A stretch of DNA of 64,000 nucleotides, from NCBI GenBank assembly GCA_052426225.1, contig JBNJNM010000012.1:2356001-2420000 (forward strand). Reading direction: 5' to 3'. Source of the DNA: Zancudomyces culisetae HAW-14-8 (taxonomy: Eukaryota > Fungi > Kickxellomycota). Position numbers and translations under genes: made by a program. The notes under the pieces are model-generated. The model made no database searches, was not told the origin of the DNA, and saw nothing but the letters and a program-made list of their open reading frames with translations. Positions 59,684 to 64,000 of the stretch are shown here, piece by piece (within the stretch, counting starts at the first letter, position 1; each line of letters begins with the position of its first letter).

Positions 59684-61281
59684 TCAAAGTGCTTTTGCCT
59701 TTTCAAACAAACTATCAATCACTTTATTCATACTAGCCACCACTCCCAAACTATCCTCGTACAACTCATCCTTCTCTTCACGCTCAAACAATACCAGACA
59801 TCCATACTCATGGTCCAAAATCCCTTGCAACTCATTATCCAAAATCATCTGACTCAACTTGTTCTCCACCAATCCTACTGGCAAATTCACCAACTGGCTG
59901 ACTTGCTGGATTTCCACCCGTGAAAATGGCTCCACTACCCGCTGCAAATTCTGCCCCAACAATGTATCATACAACAATCCCAGGTGTTTCTTAACCAACT
60001 TGTTGTCCGTCTCCATAAACTCGCTATTGTATCTGTTCAAAACTTCCTCAAATTGCCTCAATGACCGATTCTGCTGTGCCTTTGCCACCTCCATCATCGC
60101 TTCAATCCGTCGCTCTCCCCGGAATCGCCCTGCTGTCTTGCCCTCTCCTAACTGTACGCTCACCTGCTCTGGCTTCAACTGCATAATCTTGCTCAGCATC
60201 ATATACATTAGTGCGGCTCGTTGCATTTGGTATATCTCCTGCTCCTCTTCTTGCTCTCTTTCTTCATAAAGTATCATATTCATCTTCTCCTCTTGTCCTC
60301 CTCCTCTCTCCTCTTCCTTCCCTTCTTTCTCCTTTTGCTTTGGCTTCGCTCCTGCCTTTCCGTATATCAATCCGAGCCCTTCCAACGCCTCATAGAAATA
60401 CGAGTACGCCGTATTGTAGTCTCTTTCTTCACAGTGTATTATTCCCGAATACAAATCCAAACTTCCCTGAAGCATCGGTGGTGTGTATATACTGTTTGCC
60501 ACTGTTCTTGCATTGGTCAGTCCAGCTTTTGCCTTGGGCAGGTTATTCACTTCCAGGTATATCTTGGCCTCCAACAAATGCACCTGCACCAACTCGAGTT
60601 TGTCATCTATCTTTTTCAACTCTCCCAACAACGACTGTACTAATTCTAGCGACTTTGAATATCTACGATCCTCGTAGTACAAACCTGCTAATTTCTTTTC
60701 TAACCCTTGCTTCAAGTACGCTCTCTTTTCTCGTTTTGCCCACTCAATACTTTCCAAACATACTTGTATTTGCACTCCACGGCTGTTATTTATTTTCGTA
60801 AACCTGTCTACCATTACCTGGACTATTTCGTTCACATTTTGTATTTTATTATTTTACTCTTTTCAGCAATCTTGTATACATTTACATATCCATTTATATC
60901 CACATTCACAAACATCCTTCCTCCCCCAAATTTTTCCTTTTTCTTACCTAGTTTTGACGATTTCGCCTTTGGTAGGTTCACCAAAAACTCTCGATTGTTC
61001 CTAAACAGTTCTGCCAACCTCTCCGCATCTTGAGTCAACTCGCAAATCTTGGTCAAACCCATAATTGCCTGCTCTTTGTTGCTGGTAACCTTACTTGAAT
61101 TTTGCTGCCCGCTACCGCTTGTTGATCCTGATGAAGCTACCTCCATACTTGAAGACTGCCCTGCTACCTGTGCCTTGGTTTTGGCACCATTGTCAGCTTC
61201 TAGAACTCTTGTGAATATTTCTGTGGCTTCGGCTGGATTGGTTTTAATCAATCTCGTGGCTTTTAGTATCTCGCTATCCAT
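59684..61281 (-). CDS. RPN6: 26S proteasome lid subunit Rpn6/PSMD11. Exons 61281-60948 and 60822-59684
   Basis: LPKAKSSKL|VQVMVDRF across a phase-1 intron at 60947-60823; EWAKREKRAYLKQ, ELKKIDDK, KAKAGLTNART, TAYSYFYEA and VENKLSQMILD. Confidence 0.95.
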
Positions 61282-61659
61282 TTCTCTTTCTCTTTTTTTT
61301 TACCTCTTATTTATTGAAATAAAACTGATATTTCAAGCTTTTACACCAAATATTTTTAGCCTTGTTTACAATAACTAATTATTTTGCTTTTTAAAATATT
61401 TTAATGTAAACGTAATCACTAATTTTCCTCTCTTTTTTCTCCTCCCCGCCAACCCCGCCCCCCCCGCCTCTCTCACTCGCTCCAATTTTTGCAACTCCCC
61501 ACTTTTTTTAATTTTTTTTATTACGCTTTCATTTATTTACTAAATTATTTTGTTATATTTATTTTTTGCTGGGTTTATTTTTATAACAGTATTATTTTCA
61601 TACATTTTGAAAATTAAAAAACAATATTCAAAACTACACATTCTAAATAATTACTAGAG
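61282..61659. promoter_or_regulatory. Bidirectional promoter between RPN6 and RPN7, with three CCCCGCC boxes at 61444-61468
   Basis: 378-bp divergent intergenic region containing a C-rich core flanked by AT-rich and poly-T tracts. Confidence 0.6.
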
Positions 61660-62973
61660 ATGGATGAAAATACTTCAATGGAAGCCATTTCGGTTCCAAA
61701 CCTCGAATTGGCACAACACCAAAGTGTATTAGTAAATGGCCCAGACGAACTCAAACTAGACGCACAACAACGGCTCGATCAGGCAATTACCCAAAGGTCC
61801 CTAACCGGTCTCTACAAACAAACCTGCGCCAAACTCAATATTCTTCCCAATCCCGATCAGCTTGCCAAGATGGAAGCCGAAAACGCACGTGTCATAAGCG
61901 AATTGGACGACAAGCTCGCTCGCGCCAAAGAAGAACTAGGCGAATTGGAGCAAAACAATGCCAAGATTGAAAAGGCAAAGTACTACGCCGAAATCTGTGA
62001 GTTTGAACAAGCCTCTGCCTGCTACAACGAGGTATTCAATTCCTCCTCCGTCACACTTAATCAAAAGCTTGATATTACCTTTGGTCTGCTACAACTTGGC
62101 TTTTTTTCAATGAACGTTAGCCTTGTATCCAAACAATTCGAAACCGCAAAGCAATTGGTCGATAAAGGTGGAGATTGGGAACGTCGTAACCGTCTCAAGG
62201 CATATGAATGTATATGGTGGGCTTCGCAACGTGACTTTGACAAGGCTTCGCAGCTGTTCCTTGACTGTCTTTCGACTTTTGCCAGCCCTGAACTTATGCC
62301 CTTTTCCGAATTTGTCAAAATTGGATGTGTTTCTGCCGCGCTCTCACTGAATCGTGCTGATCTCAAGAAAAAAGTTACTGCGGCTCCTGAAGTCATTGAA
62401 GCTCTTTCACTGATTGAATCTGAACCAGAGCCAACACCAACAACAAACCCAAGTGCAACAGCAGAATCCAAGTCTGGATCAACCTCTACTTCTACTGCTG
62501 CTGCTTCTGCTTCTGCTGCGACACAAGCTGCATCTCAATTGACTACAGGTCCTTCTAACACCTATATATCCGATCTGCTATCCAGCCTTTATGACTGCCA
62601 GTACAGCAAGCTTTTTTATACTCTGCCAAAGCTTGAACAACAGTTCCTAAAACCAAATAGGTACCTCTACAAACACCGTAACTTTTACATTCGCGAAATG
62701 AAGATCAAGGCTTATTCCCAACTACTCCAATCGTACCGTTCACTGACTCTTACCTCCATGGCCAATTCATTTGGTGTTACTGAAGAATTTATTGATCGCG
62801 ATCTGTCCAAATATATTGCTTCTGGTAGACTCCATTGTGTTATCGATAAGGTTGCCAAAATTGTTGAAACCAACCGTCCCGACAACAAGAACGCTCAGTT
62901 CCAATCTGTCATTAAAAAGGGCGATCTTTTGCTAAACAGAATTCAAAAGCTCTCTCGTGTCATCAACATTTAA
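61660..62973 (+). CDS. RPN7: 26S proteasome lid subunit Rpn7/PSMD6
   Basis: GGDWERRNRLKAYE, YIREMKIKAYSQLLQSYRSLTL, SFGVTEEFIDRDLS and VETNRPDNKNAQFQSVIKKGDLLLNRIQKLSRVI. Confidence 0.96.
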   Translation: MDENTSMEAISVPNLELAQHQSVLVNGPDELKLDAQQRLDQAITQRSLTGLYKQTCAKLNILPNPDQLAKMEAENARVISELDDKLARAKEELGELEQNNAKIEKAKYYAEICEFEQASACYNEVFNSSSVTLNQKLDITFGLLQLGFFSMNVSLVSKQFETAKQLVDKGGDWERRNRLKAYECIWWASQRDFDKASQLFLDCLSTFASPELMPFSEFVKIGCVSAALSLNRADLKKKVTAAPEVIEALSLIESEPEPTPTTNPSATAESKSGSTSTSTAAASASAATQAASQLTTGPSNTYISDLLSSLYDCQYSKLFYTLPKLEQQFLKPNRYLYKHRNFYIREMKIKAYSQLLQSYRSLTLTSMANSFGVTEEFIDRDLSKYIASGRLHCVIDKVAKIVETNRPDNKNAQFQSVIKKGDLLLNRIQKLSRVINI

Positions 62974-63258
62974 TCTCTCCTCTCTTCTCTTTTTTTTTAA
63001 TATTTTCCATATTTTTATTATTACTCGATTGCCATATATATACTTTTATATTTGTCTATACACACAAAAGAATAAACACTATTTTTATCTGTCTTTCCTT
63101 TCTCCTGTTTTCTCAAAGTGTAAAATGAAAATAAAGAAGAGTGAACGTTTCTTTTTTATTCAACAAAGAGATTTTTATTCAAAAAATATATATATCAAAT
63201 CCATTCAAACAACAAAAAAAAAACAAAGGAGAGAGAAAATTGGCTAAAAGTTCATGTC

Positions 63259-64000
63259 TTATACAACTCCTCGTGCCTTAAAGATGGATGTAACATAGTA
63301 AACTTGCCATGCACACACTGTTATCAATGATAGAGATTGGATTACTGCCCACCAGAATACTCTTGATTGCAGACTCATCAATACTATTTTTATGTTTATT
63401 GCATTTAATATTTGTTCCTATTTCTCCTCTTGTAATAATGGGGATAAAGTAATACTTACTGGTTTCATTTTCAACTGTTCTTGACTGCATAAAACTAAAG
63501 TGATCTACTACATCTTCAATATTGTGTGACAGTTCTCTGATCGATTTGTCGATTCCGTCATCAGATACTATTTTGTTATTATTAGTATAGTTGTTAGAAC
63601 CCTGTTCTTTGTGGGTCAAAATTCCATCTTAAATATCAAACTTACTGATTTTGGTCAAGAATAGCTCCTCCTCGGGACTGTGAGGATTAAAGTTGACAAC
63701 CAAACCATAGTTATTTTGATTATCAAAGCAGTATTCGTATGGTCCGTTATCCAAGGCTGTTGTCCCAAAGTTTCCTTCTGTGGAATCCGCTCGTCGAAGA
63801 ATTTCTATTCTCTTGCTATTTCTCATCTATTTTTAATATTTATTGTTTATTGTTTATTTTTTTACTCGTTTACAATTGTGTACTGCTAAATGATATCAAT
63901 AAGAACAAGTAGTCTACTCTGCTCTTGTTATCTGTTGTGGGTAGTGAAATGACATCTAGTATTTACGTAAAAGGAACTTACAACAAAGGTGATTGGTTTC
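63259..64000 (-). CDS. p24/emp24 (TMED2-like) GOLD-domain cargo receptor, multi-exon, 5' end beyond the window
   Basis: GOLD segment GPYEYCFDNQ; coiled coil IRELSHNIEDV; last exon SRVFWWAVIQSLSLITVCAWQVYYVTSIFKARGVV*. Confidence 0.85.

Noticed and set aside
19020-59686. TGA stops of NDUFA8, SNU71 and RPN6 as possible Sec read-through sites
   Set aside because: They fall at the expected C-termini of these families and no SECIS-like element was seen downstream.
1-64000. Transposase, reverse transcriptase, CRISPR arrays or rRNA
   Set aside because: No such motifs, spaced direct repeats or rRNA-like sequence were seen.

Overview
AT-rich, intron-containing fungal genomic DNA (GT-AG introns, alpha-aminoadipate LYS9, many microsatellites). 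The gene set suggests an early-diverging lineage, most plausibly Harpellales/Zoopagomycota; this is inference. About 22 protein-coding genes are present, mostly housekeeping: importin beta-3 (Pse1), RasGAP, NDUFA8, RBM25/Snu71, USP, Aurora kinase, mitochondrial uL5, an A1 aspartic protease, LYS9, Scc2/NIPBL, Akr1, SDH4, eIF2B-delta, RPN6, RPN7 and a p24 protein. The standout feature is invisible in the ORF track: a complete eukaryotic-type selenocysteine tRNA gene at 20020-20108 (anticodon TCA, 9/4 fold, upstream TATA, oligo-T terminator), implying UGA recoding in this fungus. Other notable items are a NELF-B/COBRA1 homologue (a Pol II pausing factor absent from yeasts), a KpsF/GutQ-like isomerase with a Cys-rich insert, a divergent scramblase, head-to-head RPN6/RPN7 genes, a +1 frame break in Scc2 at an A8 run, a tandem pair of small membrane-protein genes, and strong kilobase-scale GC-skew blocks that flip in mid-gene and ignore gene orientation. 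All family assignments are by eye from remembered motifs; no searches were run.
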